Shown: positions 39,963 through 51,545 of the stretch, one piece after another
How the letters are laid out: each line of letters opens with the position of its first letter
Position numbering within the stretch: position 1 is the first letter of the stretch
Assembly: GCA_965140705.1 (NCBI GenBank)
Contig: OZ223300.1
Location: forward strand, 1,600,001-1,664,000
Length of the DNA stretch: 64,000 nucleotides
From: an uncultured Arcobacter sp.
GTDB lineage: Bacteria; Campylobacterota; Campylobacteria; Campylobacterales; Arcobacteraceae
Direction: 5' to 3'
The notes under the pieces: model-generated
What the model was told of the DNA's origin: nothing
The model's database searches: none
The model's input: the letters and a program-made list of their open reading frames with translations, nothing else
Made by a program: the position numbers and the translations under genes

Positions 39963-40994
39963 ATGTCAGCAATTAAAAGAGTACAAGAAGCTATTGAAGA
40001 GATAAGAAAAGGTAACATGGTAATCATGTTAGATGATGAAGATAGAGAAAATGAAGGTGATTTAGTTTATGCAGCAGCATTATCTACTCCACAAAAAGTA
40101 AATTTCATGGCAAGTCATGCAAAAGGTCTTATTTGTGTATCAGTTACAAAAAATACAGCAAATAGATTAGAATTAAATCCAATGGTTGTTGCAAATACAT
40201 CATCATATGAAACTGCATTTACAGTTTCAGTTGATGCAGCAAGTGCTAGTACAGGTATTAGTGCAGGAGAGAGAGATGATACAATTAAAATATTAGCAAA
40301 TCCTGTAAGTAATACTAAAGAGTTAGTAAAACCTGGACATATTTTCCCTCTAATTGCAAAAGATGGAGGAGTATTAGTTAGAACAGGCCATACAGAAGGT
40401 TCTATTGACTTATGTAAATTAGCAGGGTTTAATGGTGAAGCTGTTATTTGTGAAATTATGAAAGATGATGGAACAATGGCAAGAAGAGACGATTTAGATA
40501 TTTTTGCTCAAAAACATAATCTAAAACAAATTTATATCTCTGACTTAGTAGAGTATAGATTATCACATGAAATATTAGTAGAAGAAGTTTCTTCTTCAAA
40601 TATAAACTTTTTTGGAAAAGAAGTTATAAAAAAAGAGTTTAAAGATCATTTAAATAATGTTCATACTGCAATTATATTTGGTAACTTTGAAGATACAACG
40701 CATGTTAAATTTCATTCAGTAATTCCAGATATTCAACTATTTTTGAATGATGATAAATTAAATTCTATGATAAAAACTATAAATTTTTTACAAGCGAAAA
40801 ATGGGATTTTGATTTTTCTTAATGAATTTATGAATCATCCAGAATCAAAAAAAGACTATGGAATAGGGGCACAAATACTTAATCTATTTGATATTAAAAA
40901 GATTAAATTACTTACAAGTGGAGGGAAACATTCATTTGTAGGATTAACTGGTTTTGGTTTAGAAATTGTGGAAGAAATCCAAATAGAAGGATAA
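39963..40994 (+). CDS. ribB: DHBP synthase fused to a degenerate GTP cyclohydrolase II-like domain (RibBX type)
   Basis: DDEDRENEGD, TAFTVSVD, PGHIFPL, RTGHTEGS, ICEIM; C-domain has DYGIGAQIL but no Zn-binding Cys. Confidence 0.92.
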   Translation: MSAIKRVQEAIEEIRKGNMVIMLDDEDRENEGDLVYAAALSTPQKVNFMASHAKGLICVSVTKNTANRLELNPMVVANTSSYETAFTVSVDAASASTGISAGERDDTIKILANPVSNTKELVKPGHIFPLIAKDGGVLVRTGHTEGSIDLCKLAGFNGEAVICEIMKDDGTMARRDDLDIFAQKHNLKQIYISDLVEYRLSHEILVEEVSSSNINFFGKEVIKKEFKDHLNNVHTAIIFGNFEDTTHVKFHSVIPDIQLFLNDDKLNSMIKTINFLQAKNGILIFLNEFMNHPESKKDYGIGAQILNLFDIKKIKLLTSGGKHSFVGLTGFGLEIVEEIQIEG

Positions 40995-41011
40995 AAGTTC
41001 GTAGAAGGGAG

Positions 41012-41506
41012 TTAGTTAATCCCTGCTACTGTTTTAACTAATTTAAGTGATTTTTTTATCTTTATAATATCTTCAGATAACTCTTTCATATTTTCTTTAT
41101 AATATGTCGAAGACTCAATTATATTTATTCTATTTTCAAGTTTTAAAATAGAGTTAGCTTTAGTATCTTCATCTTCAATATTAATATAATTTAATGGATT
41201 TTGACTAGAAAGTTTTTTTATTCTAAATAAAAAAAGGTATTTATTATCCGGATTTTCTCCAAAAAAGTTACAAATCTCATTATAAACTTCCTCTTTTGAT
41301 GAATCAAACTTATTATATATTACACTTACATAATCATTTAAAAAGATTTCATAGTTCTCATAATCTATAAAGAAATCTTTTAAAGAGAGTTCTTCTATCT
41401 CTTCTTTATTCTTAAACTTCTCATCACTCATATGAACAGCACATAAATATGCTACTTTAGAACATTTTTTCTCAATATCTTTTAAAATATTTTCTAATTC
41501 CATCAT
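41012..41506 (-). CDS. Hypothetical protein
   Basis: 164-aa ORF with AAGGA SD; no motif recognised. Confidence 0.7.
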   Translation of the reverse strand: MMELENILKDIEKKCSKVAYLCAVHMSDEKFKNKEEIEELSLKDFFIDYENYEIFLNDYVSVIYNKFDSSKEEVYNEICNFFGENPDNKYLFLFRIKKLSSQNPLNYINIEDEDTKANSILKLENRINIIESSTYYKENMKELSEDIIKIKKSLKLVKTVAGIN

Positions 41507-41520
41507 TTTATCCTTAAATA

Positions 41521-41554
41521 AAAAAGGGAGATGAAAATATTCATCTCCCTTTTT
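41521..41554 (-). terminator. Rho-independent terminator of the oadGAB-pckA operon (likely bidirectional)
   Basis: AAAAAGGGAGATGAA-aata-TTCATCTCCCTTTTT. Confidence 0.88.
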
Positions 41555-41572
41555 TAAGAAAATTACAAATTT

Positions 41573-43150
41573 TTATAATTGTGGACCAGCCGCTGTAAAG
41601 TCATAATCACTTTCTAATGTCAAATATTTTTTAAAATTTTTAACATACATTCCCGCAAGTTTTTTAGCCATTTCATCATAAGCTTCTGTATCTTCCCAAG
41701 TATGTCTAGGATTTAATACTTCTGTTTCTACACCCTCAAGTGTTTTTGGAACAGCTAAATTAAACACTGGAAGTGTTTCAAACTCACTTTGAGTGATAGA
41801 ACCATCTAAAATACCATTAATACAAGCTCTTGTATTTTTAATACTCATTCTTGTACCAATACCATAAGGACCACCAGTCCATCCAGTATTTACTAGATAA
41901 ACATTTACATTATGTTGATCAATTTTTTCACCTAAAAGTGCTGCATAAATAGTTGGATTTAAAGGTAAAAAAGCTTCCCCAAAACATGAACTAAAAGTAG
42001 CAACTGGTTCTGTAATACCTCTTTCTGTCCCTGCAACTTTTGCAGTATATCCACTTAAGAAATAGTACATTGCTTGTTGTTTAGTAAGTTTTGCAACAGG
42101 TGGTAAAACACCAAATGCATCAGCACATAAGAAGATAATATTTTTAGGGTGTCCACCTTTCATATCAGGCGTATGATTTTCAATGTGGCTTAAAGGATAA
42201 GAAACTCTTGTATTTTCAGTTTTACTTCCATCAGTAAAATCTACAACACCATTTTCGTCAGCTACAACATTTTCTAATATTGCACCTTTTTTAATTGCTC
42301 CATAAATTTCTGGCTCATGTTCCGCAGATAGGTTAATAACCTTGGCATAACAACCACCTTCAAAATTGAAGACTCCATTATCATCCCAACCATGTTCATC
42401 ATCACCAATTAAAGCTCTATTTGGATCAGTTGATAATGTTGTTTTCCCTGTTCCAGAAAGTCCAAAGAATAAAGCTGTATCTCCATCTTTACCAATATTT
42501 GCAGAACAATGCATTGGAAGTTTTCCTTCTAAAGGAAGCCAATAGTTCATCATAGAAAAAAGACCTTTTTTCATCTCACCAGCATACCAAGTACCACCAA
42601 TGATTGCAATATTTTCTTCTACATTAAATACCACAAAAACTTCAGAATGAAGACCATGGCTCACATATGATTTATCTATTGTTTTACAAGCATTATATAC
42701 TGTAAATTGAGGAGAGAACCCATCTAGGTCTGATTCGTCAGGCATTATAAACATATTTTGTATAAAATTTGCTTGCCAAGCTATTTCTGTAATAAATCTA
42801 GCTGATCTTCTTGAATCAATAGAAGCACCACAGAATACATCAGTAACAAATAAATCCTTATTGCTTAACTGTTTTTTTGCAGTTAATAATAAATCATCAT
42901 AAACATCTTTTGTTACAGCACTATTTATATCACCCCAAGCTATATATTTGTTTGAAGGATCTTGATTTACAAAAAATTTATCTTTTGGACTTCTACCAGT
43001 AAAAATACCAGTATCAATCATTAAAGCGCCAGTTGAAGATATTTGCGCACCTTCATTTTTTACTGCATGATTAATTAATAAATCTACATCACTGTTTCTA
43101 TATACAGTTTGAACGTTTTCTAAACCTAATTGGCTTCTAATATCAGACAT
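41573..43150 (-). CDS. pckA: Phosphoenolpyruvate carboxykinase (ATP)
   Basis: [51 protein letters not shown]. Confidence 0.98.
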   Translation of the reverse strand: MSDIRSQLGLENVQTVYRNSDVDLLINHAVKNEGAQISSTGALMIDTGIFTGRSPKDKFFVNQDPSNKYIAWGDINSAVTKDVYDDLLLTAKKQLSNKDLFVTDVFCGASIDSRRSARFITEIAWQANFIQNMFIMPDESDLDGFSPQFTVYNACKTIDKSYVSHGLHSEVFVVFNVEENIAIIGGTWYAGEMKKGLFSMMNYWLPLEGKLPMHCSANIGKDGDTALFFGLSGTGKTTLSTDPNRALIGDDEHGWDDNGVFNFEGGCYAKVINLSAEHEPEIYGAIKKGAILENVVADENGVVDFTDGSKTENTRVSYPLSHIENHTPDMKGGHPKNIIFLCADAFGVLPPVAKLTKQQAMYYFLSGYTAKVAGTERGITEPVATFSSCFGEAFLPLNPTIYAALLGEKIDQHNVNVYLVNTGWTGGPYGIGTRMSIKNTRACINGILDGSITQSEFETLPVFNLAVPKTLEGVETEVLNPRHTWEDTEAYDEMAKKLAGMYVKNFKKYLTLESDYDFTAAGPQL

Positions 43151-43171
43151 TATTCTTTTTTTCCTAATAAA

Positions 43172-44494
43172 TTAAAATATTGATAATAATACACCGGCAG
43201 CTACTGCAGAACCAATAACACCGGCAACATTTGGACCCATCGCATGCATCAATAACACATTTGATCTGTCATATTCCTGACCAACTTTACTAACAACTCT
43301 AGCTGCCATTGGTACAGCACTCACTCCTGCAGCTCCAATTAATGGATTAATTTGATTCTCTTCAGAACTAAACTTATTCATAAGTTTTGCCATAAGTACA
43401 CCAGCAGCCGTACCAGCTGCAAATGCCAATAATCCAATAACCATAATTCCTAACGTATCTAATACTAGGAATTTATCTGCTGCTAATTTTGAACCAACTC
43501 CTAAACCTAAGAAAATAGTTACAATATTAATTAAAGAATTTTGCATTGTATCGGAAAGTCGCTCAACAACTCCTGATTGTTTTAAGAAATTTCCAAATGC
43601 AAATGCTCCAATTAATGGAGTTGATTCTGGAAGTACTAAAATAGCGAGCATTAAGATCAGAATTGGTAAGAAAAGTTTTTCTAATTTATGTACTTTTCTT
43701 AGTTTTGGCATTTTAATTTTTCTCTCAGCATCAGTTGTAAGAGCTTTCATAATAGGAGGTTGAATAACAGGAACTAATGCCATATAAGAGTATGCAGCAA
43801 CAGCAATTGCACCTAACATCTCAGGAGCAAGTCTATTTGCAATAAAAATTGATGTAGGACCATCAGCTCCACCAATAATAGAAATAGCAGATGCAGTTTG
43901 TAAATCAAATCCTATCATAACAGCACCAACAAGTGATCCAAAAATACCAAATTGTGCTGCACCACCAAGTAGGGCAGCTTTTGGATTAGCTAAAAGAGGA
44001 GAGAAGTCTGTCATTGCTCCAACACCCATAAAAATCAATAGAGGGAAAAATTCATTTGCGATTCCCATATTGTATATAATTCCTAACATTCCATGTTCAC
44101 CACCCATATGGGCTAATGGAATATTTGCTAATAGTCCACCAAATGCAATAGGAAGAAGTAATAATGGCTCAAACCCTTTTGCAATTGCTAAATAAAATAA
44201 CACAAAACAAATAATAAACATAATGATTCTACCAAATGTTTGTTCGAAATTTGTCATATGTCTTTCATTTGCAGCATTTGGCTCTGAAGTCATAACATCA
44301 TCTTTCGGATTGACTAAAGCATTAATACCTGTAGTATTAAAAAAAGAGACTACCAATTGCCCAATAGTTTTAGAGTGATACTCTTTTGTTTTTGTTGGAG
44401 CTTCTGTGTTACTTTGAACATCAGAAGCAAATACATTTATGCTAAATACACACATAAGTGAAATTAACAAAGAAGCGATTAATTTTTTATTCAT
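43172..44494 (-). CDS. oadB: Na+-translocating decarboxylase beta subunit
   Basis: [52 protein letters not shown]. Confidence 0.95.
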   Translation of the reverse strand: MNKKLIASLLISLMCVFSINVFASDVQSNTEAPTKTKEYHSKTIGQLVVSFFNTTGINALVNPKDDVMTSEPNAANERHMTNFEQTFGRIIMFIICFVLFYLAIAKGFEPLLLLPIAFGGLLANIPLAHMGGEHGMLGIIYNMGIANEFFPLLIFMGVGAMTDFSPLLANPKAALLGGAAQFGIFGSLVGAVMIGFDLQTASAISIIGGADGPTSIFIANRLAPEMLGAIAVAAYSYMALVPVIQPPIMKALTTDAERKIKMPKLRKVHKLEKLFLPILILMLAILVLPESTPLIGAFAFGNFLKQSGVVERLSDTMQNSLINIVTIFLGLGVGSKLAADKFLVLDTLGIMVIGLLAFAAGTAAGVLMAKLMNKFSSEENQINPLIGAAGVSAVPMAARVVSKVGQEYDRSNVLLMHAMGPNVAGVIGSAVAAGVLLSIF

Positions 44495-44515
44495 AAATTT
44501 TCTCCAATTTGTTTA

Positions 44516-46336
44516 TTAACCAATAATGGCAATAACTTGACCTTCTTCAACAGCTTCACTTTGAGTAACTAAGAAAGATTTAATTGTACCATCAACTGGT
44601 GCTTCAACATCAATTTCCATTTTCATAGCTTCTAAAATTGCAACAACTTCACCTTTTGCAACTTTATCTCCAACATTTTTAGTTATTTTCCAAACATTAC
44701 CACTTACAGTTGCACCTACTTCTACACCATCACCACTTGATGCTGGTGCAGCTACAGGGGCTTGAGTTGTTGTATTTTGCACAGGTGTCACTTGAATATC
44801 TGCATTACCTTCTGCAACAGTTACATTAAACTTTTGTCCATCTACTACTACTGTATAATTTCCAGTTGAATTACCCATAACTTTATTTTCTCCTAATTTA
44901 CAATCTTTATCATCTTCACATATATCTAAACTATTTTTTCTAACACTTAAAGGACTATTACCTTTTAAAAATGAAATTCCTTTTTCATCACAAGCAGCTG
45001 CGATAAAGATATTTTCTTCAGTAATTTCAATATTTTCTTCTTTTAATCTATTTTCCCAATATTTCATAGTTTTCTTTTCATCTCTATCTGAAATATCTAA
45101 AGGATTTTCTTTTGTTGGCTCTAACTTTAATTTCTCAGCTGCCAATGCTACAACCTCTGCATCTGGTTCAACAGGAGTTTTACCAAAGTAACCAAGTACC
45201 ATTTTACCATATCCAGGAGCAATTTGTTTCCATGGACCAAACATAACATTTGCATAAGCTTGTTGCCAATAAAATTGAGAAACAGGAGTTACAGAAGTAC
45301 CATATCCACCTTTTTCAACAACCTCTCTCATAGCCTTTATAACTTCAGGAAATTTATTTAAAGTACCATTATCTCTCATCATTTGAGTATTTGCGGTCAA
45401 AGCACCACCTGGCATTGGTGAAAAAGGAATCAATGGAGAAACTTGAGTAGCTTCTGGTGGCATAAAGTAATCTTTTAAACAATCAGTTAAAACTTCTTCA
45501 TATTTTAGAATCTTTTCTATTTCTAAACCACCAAGGTCATAATTCATTCCCTTAACAGCATGCATCATAGTTAAAATATCAGGTTGACTAGTACCACCAG
45601 AAACTGGACTTGCAGCCAAATCAATACCATCAGCACCAGCATCAAGTGCAGCTAAATAACAAGGTACACTTACCCCTGCTGTTTCATGAGTATGTAATCT
45701 AATATGAGTATCTTCACCAACTAGTTTTCTAGCCATTTTAATTGTATCGAAGATTTTTTGAGGAGAAGAGGTTCCTGATGCATCTTTAAAACAAATTGAA
45801 TCATAAGGAACACCACTATCTAATATTTTTCTTAATGTTTTTTCATAAAAAGGAACATCATGTGCACCAACACAGCCTGGAGGTAAATCCATAAGTGTTA
45901 CAACAACTTCATGGTTCAATCCATATTTTTTGATACATTCTGCTGAATATTCAAGATTTTGAACATCATTTAAAGCATCAAAATTTCTAATTGTTGTTGT
46001 TCCATGTTTAGCAAACATTTTTGCATGTAAATCAATAAGATCTCTAGAGCCTGTATCTAACATAACAGTATTAATCCCACGAGCTAGAGTTTGTAAGTTT
46101 GCATCGGGGCCAACTATCTCTCTAAATTTATCCATCATTTCAAATGCATTCTCTTGTAAATAGAAGAATAAAGATTGAAATCTTGCTCCTCCACCAAACT
46201 CAAAATGATTTATTCCTGCCTCTTTTGCAGCTTCAACAGCTGGAAAAAAGTCATTCATTAAAACTCGCCCACCAAAAACTGATTGGAAACCATCCCTAAA
46301 AGTGGTATCCATTATATCAATATATTTTTTTGACAT
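44516..46336 (-). CDS. oadA: Oxaloacetate decarboxylase alpha / pyruvate carboxylase B-type biotinylated carboxyltransferase
   Basis: DTTFRDGFQS, FKDASG, LHTHET, PGG, VTPVSQ, biotin site EAMKM. Confidence 0.92.
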   Translation of the reverse strand: MSKKYIDIMDTTFRDGFQSVFGGRVLMNDFFPAVEAAKEAGINHFEFGGGARFQSLFFYLQENAFEMMDKFREIVGPDANLQTLARGINTVMLDTGSRDLIDLHAKMFAKHGTTTIRNFDALNDVQNLEYSAECIKKYGLNHEVVVTLMDLPPGCVGAHDVPFYEKTLRKILDSGVPYDSICFKDASGTSSPQKIFDTIKMARKLVGEDTHIRLHTHETAGVSVPCYLAALDAGADGIDLAASPVSGGTSQPDILTMMHAVKGMNYDLGGLEIEKILKYEEVLTDCLKDYFMPPEATQVSPLIPFSPMPGGALTANTQMMRDNGTLNKFPEVIKAMREVVEKGGYGTSVTPVSQFYWQQAYANVMFGPWKQIAPGYGKMVLGYFGKTPVEPDAEVVALAAEKLKLEPTKENPLDISDRDEKKTMKYWENRLKEENIEITEENIFIAAACDEKGISFLKGNSPLSVRKNSLDICEDDKDCKLGENKVMGNSTGNYTVVVDGQKFNVTVAEGNADIQVTPVQNTTTQAPVAAPASSGDGVEVGATVSGNVWKITKNVGDKVAKGEVVAILEAMKMEIDVEAPVDGTIKSFLVTQSEAVEEGQVIAIIG

Positions 46337-46341
46337 TAAAA

Positions 46342-46593
46342 TTAACCTTTTTGATTATTGTGATGTTGAATAGCTGCAGTAATAGCAGCAATCTTTTTTG
46401 CAGTAATATCAGATGTTGCAACACTAGGTTGAACTTTTTTAGCAGGTTTGATATTTTCTTTTTCAGGAAAATACTTTTTAATAAGCCCTGCTTGAGCTTT
46501 CAAAGCTAAAACCATAATTATAAGGAAAGAAAAAACTATTCCCATTCCTAAAACCATAAATTTTAATGCTTCCATGACTAAATTTGTTTCCAT
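46342..46593 (-). CDS. oadG: Decarboxylase gamma subunit
   Basis: LGMGIVFSFL TM segment, AAITAAIQHH; upstream of oadA. Confidence 0.9.
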   Translation of the reverse strand: METNLVMEALKFMVLGMGIVFSFLIIMVLALKAQAGLIKKYFPEKENIKPAKKVQPSVATSDITAKKIAAITAAIQHHNNQKG

Positions 46594-46710
46594 ATATTTC
46601 TCCGTCAGAACACCGAATTCAAATTAAATTCTATAGTAATTAACCTTTGTTAAAATTAATTTTTTGGAAAATATATGTAAAATTTTAAAATTTACATTAT
46701 TTATACATAT

Positions 46711-46806
46711 TTACAATATTTTGTTACCATATTTGTATAATAAATAGTCTATTCTTTTTATCACTCTTGAAATTGATGATTTTGTGTCTAAAATTATTGT
46801 TTGCAT
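46711..46806 (-). CDS. Putative 31-aa small protein (not in the ORF track)
   Basis: AAGGAG-aatatc-ATG; MQTIILDTKSSISRVIKRIDYLLYKYGNKIL. Confidence 0.5.
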   Translation of the reverse strand: MQTIILDTKSSISRVIKRIDYLLYKYGNKIL

Positions 46807-46901
46807 GATATTCTCCTTTAAATATTTCAAATTTTAATATATTTTAAAAAAAGTATTGAAAAATCTTTCATTTTGTAATATAATTTCAAAAAGGAGACAA
46901 A

Positions 46902-47558
46902 ATGTTATTAGTAAATGAGATAATTGAAAGACTAAAAGATGTTTTAAGTACTGATGGTATCAAAGGCAAAATTTTTGATAAAGATGTTGCAGATGCATTA
47001 AATCTATCCCAAGCTAATTTTGCAACTATGAAAAATAGAAGTAAAATTCCTTTTTCAAATATACTAGACTTTTGTGCAATAAAAAAGATTTCAATAAATT
47101 GGCTTTTATATAACCAAAATCCTGGTTCTCTTGTGGACTCAACAGATAAGTACTGGATAAAATATTTTCCAGAAATTTCAGTTAGTGCAGGGGGAGGGGC
47201 ATATGATAGTGATGAAAATTATGAAAATATTGAAGTTCCACCATATTTTATAGACACTTTAGGTGGAAAACAGAACTTGAAAAATATCGAAGCCATAAAT
47301 GTAATAGGTGATTCAATGGAACCTACACTTAATTCAAATAATATTATCTTTATAGATAAGTCAATAAAAAGTGGATTTAGAGATGGAATTTATGCCTTTA
47401 CGACTAATCATGGACTATTTGTGAAAAGAATACAAAAAAGAGTTGATGGAAAACTTGATATTATTTCAGACAATAAAGACTATCCCGTTCAAATTATGAA
47501 AAGTGATGAATTAGAGGTTTTAGGTAAAGTTGTAGGCTCTTTTGGAATGGTATTCTAA
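46902..47558 (+). CDS. Phage CI / LexA-like repressor (HTH + S24 autopeptidase)
   Basis: HTH DVADALNLSQANFATMKNR..ISINWLL; Ala-Gly site VSAGGG; catalytic GDSMEP and VKR. Confidence 0.9.
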   Translation: MLLVNEIIERLKDVLSTDGIKGKIFDKDVADALNLSQANFATMKNRSKIPFSNILDFCAIKKISINWLLYNQNPGSLVDSTDKYWIKYFPEISVSAGGGAYDSDENYENIEVPPYFIDTLGGKQNLKNIEAINVIGDSMEPTLNSNNIIFIDKSIKSGFRDGIYAFTTNHGLFVKRIQKRVDGKLDIISDNKDYPVQIMKSDELEVLGKVVGSFGMVF

Positions 47559-48544
47559 AAAAGTTCTGCACTTTCATGCAAAGATAACTTTAAAGTCTCT
47601 TCGACTTTAAACTTATCATATCCCATTATATAAATTGCATTGAAATTTTCTTTCTTAATAACTTGTTTTAAATTATCTAAATCTTCTAATACAATTTGAG
47701 TTTCATTTAAACCTTCAATATAAATAGGGCTTATAAATATAGTTTTACCATATTTATATTTTTTTTCTAAATATTTAATTTCATTTACAAGTAATTCTAA
47801 ATTTTTTTGACAAACAATAAATTTATTACTCTTACCAAAGTCTATAATATTTAGGTATTTATCAACAAAAATTGGTTTAAAGTGCGTCAATTTAATTAAT
47901 TTGTGCAAATCAATATCCATATTTAGGAAATTGAAAACAGCTAAAAACTGATTTATATAAAGCGATGGAATTTTTAATTTATTGAAATATTTTTCATCAT
48001 ATGAAAATGATGTTTCAAATAATGAATGCTCAATAAGATTTTCTATTTTATACTCTTTTTTAGAAAAAACTTTATATTTGGGATATATTTTCTTAATAAG
48101 TTCTTCATCTGCACAAAAGAAGATCTCATCTTCACTTATATTTTCAATAGTTTTTGTACTTTTATATAAGTTGGAAGAAATAAGGTGAATCTCTTTTTTT
48201 GAAGATTTATATATATTTATTAAATCATAAGTGACTTTATCACAATAATAAACTTCTAAATTTAAAGTAGAGAATTTATATCTAAAAAATTTAACTAAAG
48301 CCTCATAAACAGAAGAGACTCTTATCCAAGCAATTTCTTTATCTAATACTTCAATTTCAAAATCATAAACAATAGCAAAAGCACCATTTTGAATTGCAAT
48401 TTCAATCTCATCTTTATTTTTAACTAAAAATAAATCACCTTCTATTACTTTTTTTGGATCAGTTTTTATATTGTATATAAAAGAAATAGATGGAGAATTT
48501 TGAAGTTCGCCATCTATAATATCAATAATAGAAGAAATATTCAC
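47555..48544 (-). CDS. Hypothetical protein with Mur-ligase-like N-terminus
   Basis: IKTDPKKVIEGDLF..AIQNGAFAIV resembles MurE/MurF N-terminal domain; no P-loop seen. Confidence 0.7.
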   Translation of the reverse strand: MNISSIIDIIDGELQNSPSISFIYNIKTDPKKVIEGDLFLVKNKDEIEIAIQNGAFAIVYDFEIEVLDKEIAWIRVSSVYEALVKFFRYKFSTLNLEVYYCDKVTYDLINIYKSSKKEIHLISSNLYKSTKTIENISEDEIFFCADEELIKKIYPKYKVFSKKEYKIENLIEHSLFETSFSYDEKYFNKLKIPSLYINQFLAVFNFLNMDIDLHKLIKLTHFKPIFVDKYLNIIDFGKSNKFIVCQKNLELLVNEIKYLEKKYKYGKTIFISPIYIEGLNETQIVLEDLDNLKQVIKKENFNAIYIMGYDKFKVEETLKLSLHESAELF

Positions 48545-48552
48545 AATATTTC

Positions 48553-50496
48553 TTAAGAGATTTTCGTTCCAGAAATTTTTGGTTTTTCAGGACGAACTAA
48601 ATTTAAACCATTTTCATCACGAGCAGCTAAAAGCATACCTTCACTAATCATTCCCATTAGTTTGGCAGGTTTTAAGTTTGCTACAACACAAGCTTGTGTT
48701 CCAACAAGCTCTTGGGCACTATAAGACTCTTTTATTCCTGCTAAAATCTGTCTATTTCTTCCTTCTCCTAAATCAACTTGTAGTTTCAAAAGTTTTTTAG
48801 ATTTTGGAACTTCTTCTGCTTCTACAATAGTACCAATTTTTAAAGTTGTTTCAAAAAACTTATCAATTGTAATTAAATTATCTTCTTCAGTAGATTCTTT
48901 TGCTTCTTCTTTTTTAGGAAGTTGAGTAGATACATCAGTTGGTTTTGCTTGCTCTAATAATAACTCTTCTATTCTTGGGAAAAGTTGTTCTATTTTAGTA
49001 ATAATAACATCTTCAAGTAATTCTTTATTTCCTATTATTTTTATAAAGTTGTCAGTATTTATTTCTAAACCAATACATTGAGCTATTTTAGAAATCTTTT
49101 CAGGCATAACTGAGTCTAAAAGTAGGGCAACTTTAGCCATAATATTAGTAATTAAAGCAACTAAAGCCATAGCTTCATCAGCTTTCCCTTCTTTCATTTT
49201 ACTCCAAGGTTCATAATCACCAATCGCTTTATTTGCAATAGTTAAAACTTTCCAAATTTCTTCAAGATATCTATTTAATTGCATATTATAAATATAGTTT
49301 TCTACACCATCTAAAATCTCATTTACTTCATCTAACTCTTTTTGATGATATTTTACTACATCTTTTGAAGTAACTTTATATTCAAAATATTTCCCACTCA
49401 TACCAATAATTCTATTAAGCAAATTTCCTAAATCATTTCCTAAATCAGAGTTAATTCTATCCATTAAAGCTTTTTGAGAAAAATCACCATCTTGGCCAAA
49501 AGGTACTTCTCTAAGCATAAAATATCTAAAAGCATCAAGACCATAAGCATCTGCCACTTCTTTAGGGTTCACTACATTCCCTTTTGATTTTGACATTTTA
49601 TCACCATCTCTTGTCCACCAACCATGTGCAGCAATGTGTTTTGGTAAGGGTAAATCTAAAGACATCAAAAATGCTGGCCAATAAATAGCATGAAATCTTA
49701 AAATATCTTTCCCCACTAATTGAATGTTTGCTGGCCAATATTCCATATTTTTATCATCTGTTCCATATCCAAGTGCAGTTATATAGTTAAGCAAGGCATC
49801 CAACCACACATACATAACATGTTTTGGTTCATTTAATGATTCAGGTAATTTAACACCCCAATCAAATGAAGTTCTAGATATAGATAAGTCTCTTAATCCA
49901 CTTTTTACAAAATTAATAATCTCATTCTTTTTAGAACGAGGCAAAATACAGTCTGGGTTCTCTTCATACCATTTTAAAAGTTTATCTTCATAAGCAGATA
50001 ATTTAAAGAAATAACTCTCTTCTTTTACTATATTTGTAGGTTTTCCACAATCAGGGCAGAATTCATCTTCTATTAGTTGTTTTTCAGTAAAAAATGTCTC
50101 ACAAGATACACAATAATAACCTTCATATTCGCCTTTATAAATATCACCTTTGTTATACATTTTTTCAAAAGCAAATTGAACACCAGTTTTATGTTCTTCG
50201 TCAGTTGTTCTTATAAATTTGTCATATGTGATATCAAAATCATCCCATAAAGCTCTAAATTTTCCAGAAACTTCATCCGCATACTCTTTAGAAGTTTTAC
50301 CTCTTAGTTTTGCACTCTCTTCAATTTTTTGTCCATGTTCATCAGTACCTGTAAGAAAAAAAGTCTTATTACCAGTTAATCTTGAGTACCTAGCCAACAT
50401 ATCAGCAATGATAGTAGTATAGGCATGACCTATATGTGCAACATCATTCACATAATAAATAGGAGTAGTAATATAAACATTTTTATGACAATTCAT
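48553..50496 (-). CDS. metG: Methionine--tRNA ligase with C-terminal tRNA-binding domain
   Basis: TTPIYYVN..HIGH, YVWLDAL, GKDI, KMSKS, NLKPAKLMG. Confidence 0.98.
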   Translation of the reverse strand: MNCHKNVYITTPIYYVNDVAHIGHAYTTIIADMLARYSRLTGNKTFFLTGTDEHGQKIEESAKLRGKTSKEYADEVSGKFRALWDDFDITYDKFIRTTDEEHKTGVQFAFEKMYNKGDIYKGEYEGYYCVSCETFFTEKQLIEDEFCPDCGKPTNIVKEESYFFKLSAYEDKLLKWYEENPDCILPRSKKNEIINFVKSGLRDLSISRTSFDWGVKLPESLNEPKHVMYVWLDALLNYITALGYGTDDKNMEYWPANIQLVGKDILRFHAIYWPAFLMSLDLPLPKHIAAHGWWTRDGDKMSKSKGNVVNPKEVADAYGLDAFRYFMLREVPFGQDGDFSQKALMDRINSDLGNDLGNLLNRIIGMSGKYFEYKVTSKDVVKYHQKELDEVNEILDGVENYIYNMQLNRYLEEIWKVLTIANKAIGDYEPWSKMKEGKADEAMALVALITNIMAKVALLLDSVMPEKISKIAQCIGLEINTDNFIKIIGNKELLEDVIITKIEQLFPRIEELLLEQAKPTDVSTQLPKKEEAKESTEEDNLITIDKFFETTLKIGTIVEAEEVPKSKKLLKLQVDLGEGRNRQILAGIKESYSAQELVGTQACVVANLKPAKLMGMISEGMLLAARDENGLNLVRPEKPKISGTKIS

Positions 50497-50509
50497 TTTT
50501 TACCTTTAA

Positions 50510-50716
50510 TTAAAATTCAAATCCACCTGTAGAACCTTTATTCATAGATTCATACACGGCTATAACATATCTTTTTCTTATTTCACAATCAAAAAACTTC
50601 TCGCAAGGATTACAAGAATCAAAGTTAAAAGATTTTTGACACTCTTTTAAGTTAACTATTTGCTCTTCTAGAGCTTCTTCCCAATGATCAAGGTTTTGAT
50701 TATTTTCCATTTTCAC
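50510..50716 (-). CDS. Small Cys-rich hypothetical protein
   Basis: CQ..SCNPC..C..YV.AVYESM..GGFEF; between fbp and metG. Confidence 0.8.
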   Translation of the reverse strand: MKMENNQNLDHWEEALEEQIVNLKECQKSFNFDSCNPCEKFFDCEIRKRYVIAVYESMNKGSTGGFEF

Positions 50717-51545
50717 TATAAACTTTTAAAACTCTATTAATCTCTTCTTTTGAACCAAAAAAACAAGGAGTTGTATCATGAATATGAGTAGTAGGAACTT
50801 CTAAAACTCTTTTAAAACCATCAACTGCTCCACCACCTGCTTTTTCATAAGTAAGAGCAAAAGGGAAAACTTCAAAAAGTTGTCTTAGTTTTCCTTTTGG
50901 TCTATCAGTAGTTCCTGGATATGAGAAAAGTCCTCCACCTTTAAGAAGTATTTGATGAAGATCAGGAACCATTCCACCACTATATCTTAATCTATAACCA
51001 TCATTAAAAATATCATCAATCAATTGTTTATGAAAAGGAGCCCAACAATTTTGTGTAGAACCGGGTGCATTTAATTTCCCTTTTTCATTTAACTTAATAT
51101 CTTGAATAAATTTAAATTCCCCATTAAGTAATCTATACATTTTTACATCATCAGTTGTAATCACTATTTCAACTCTTGGTCCAAATACTACATAAACAGA
51201 AGCAATAATGTTTTGTGCATTAAATTCATTTTTATAAATACCAAAAATAGAACCAACAGACAAGTTAACATCAACTAAAGAAGAGCCATCTAAAGGATCA
51301 TAAGCAATTAAATACTCACCATCATCATGTAAATTTACAATATTTTCTTGCTCTTCACTAACTATTGCTTTTATTGATTTTACTTTTGCAAATATCTCTT
51401 CAATAATAATATCACTTTGGATATCTAGTTTTAATTGAGTATCTCCAGTTGAATTTTCTTGTTCACTTTTACCTGTATCACCTGTCTCTATAAGATATTT
51501 TATCTTTATAGCTGATTCTTTTATAGCTTCAAAAATTTCATTCAT
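50700..51545 (-). CDS. fbp: Class 1 fructose-1,6-bisphosphatase
   Basis: [34 protein letters not shown]. Confidence 0.96.
   Translation of the reverse strand: MNEIFEAIKESAIKIKYLIETGDTGKSEQENSTGDTQLKLDIQSDIIIEEIFAKVKSIKAIVSEEQENIVNLHDDGEYLIAYDPLDGSSLVDVNLSVGSIFGIYKNEFNAQNIIASVYVVFGPRVEIVITTDDVKMYRLLNGEFKFIQDIKLNEKGKLNAPGSTQNCWAPFHKQLIDDIFNDGYRLRYSGGMVPDLHQILLKGGGLFSYPGTTDRPKGKLRQLFEVFPFALTYEKAGGGAVDGFKRVLEVPTTHIHDTTPCFFGSKEEINRVLKVYSENGK

Noticed and set aside
46594..47558. Prophage
   Set aside because: Only a repressor-like gene is present, with no integrase, replication or structural genes; flanks are housekeeping.
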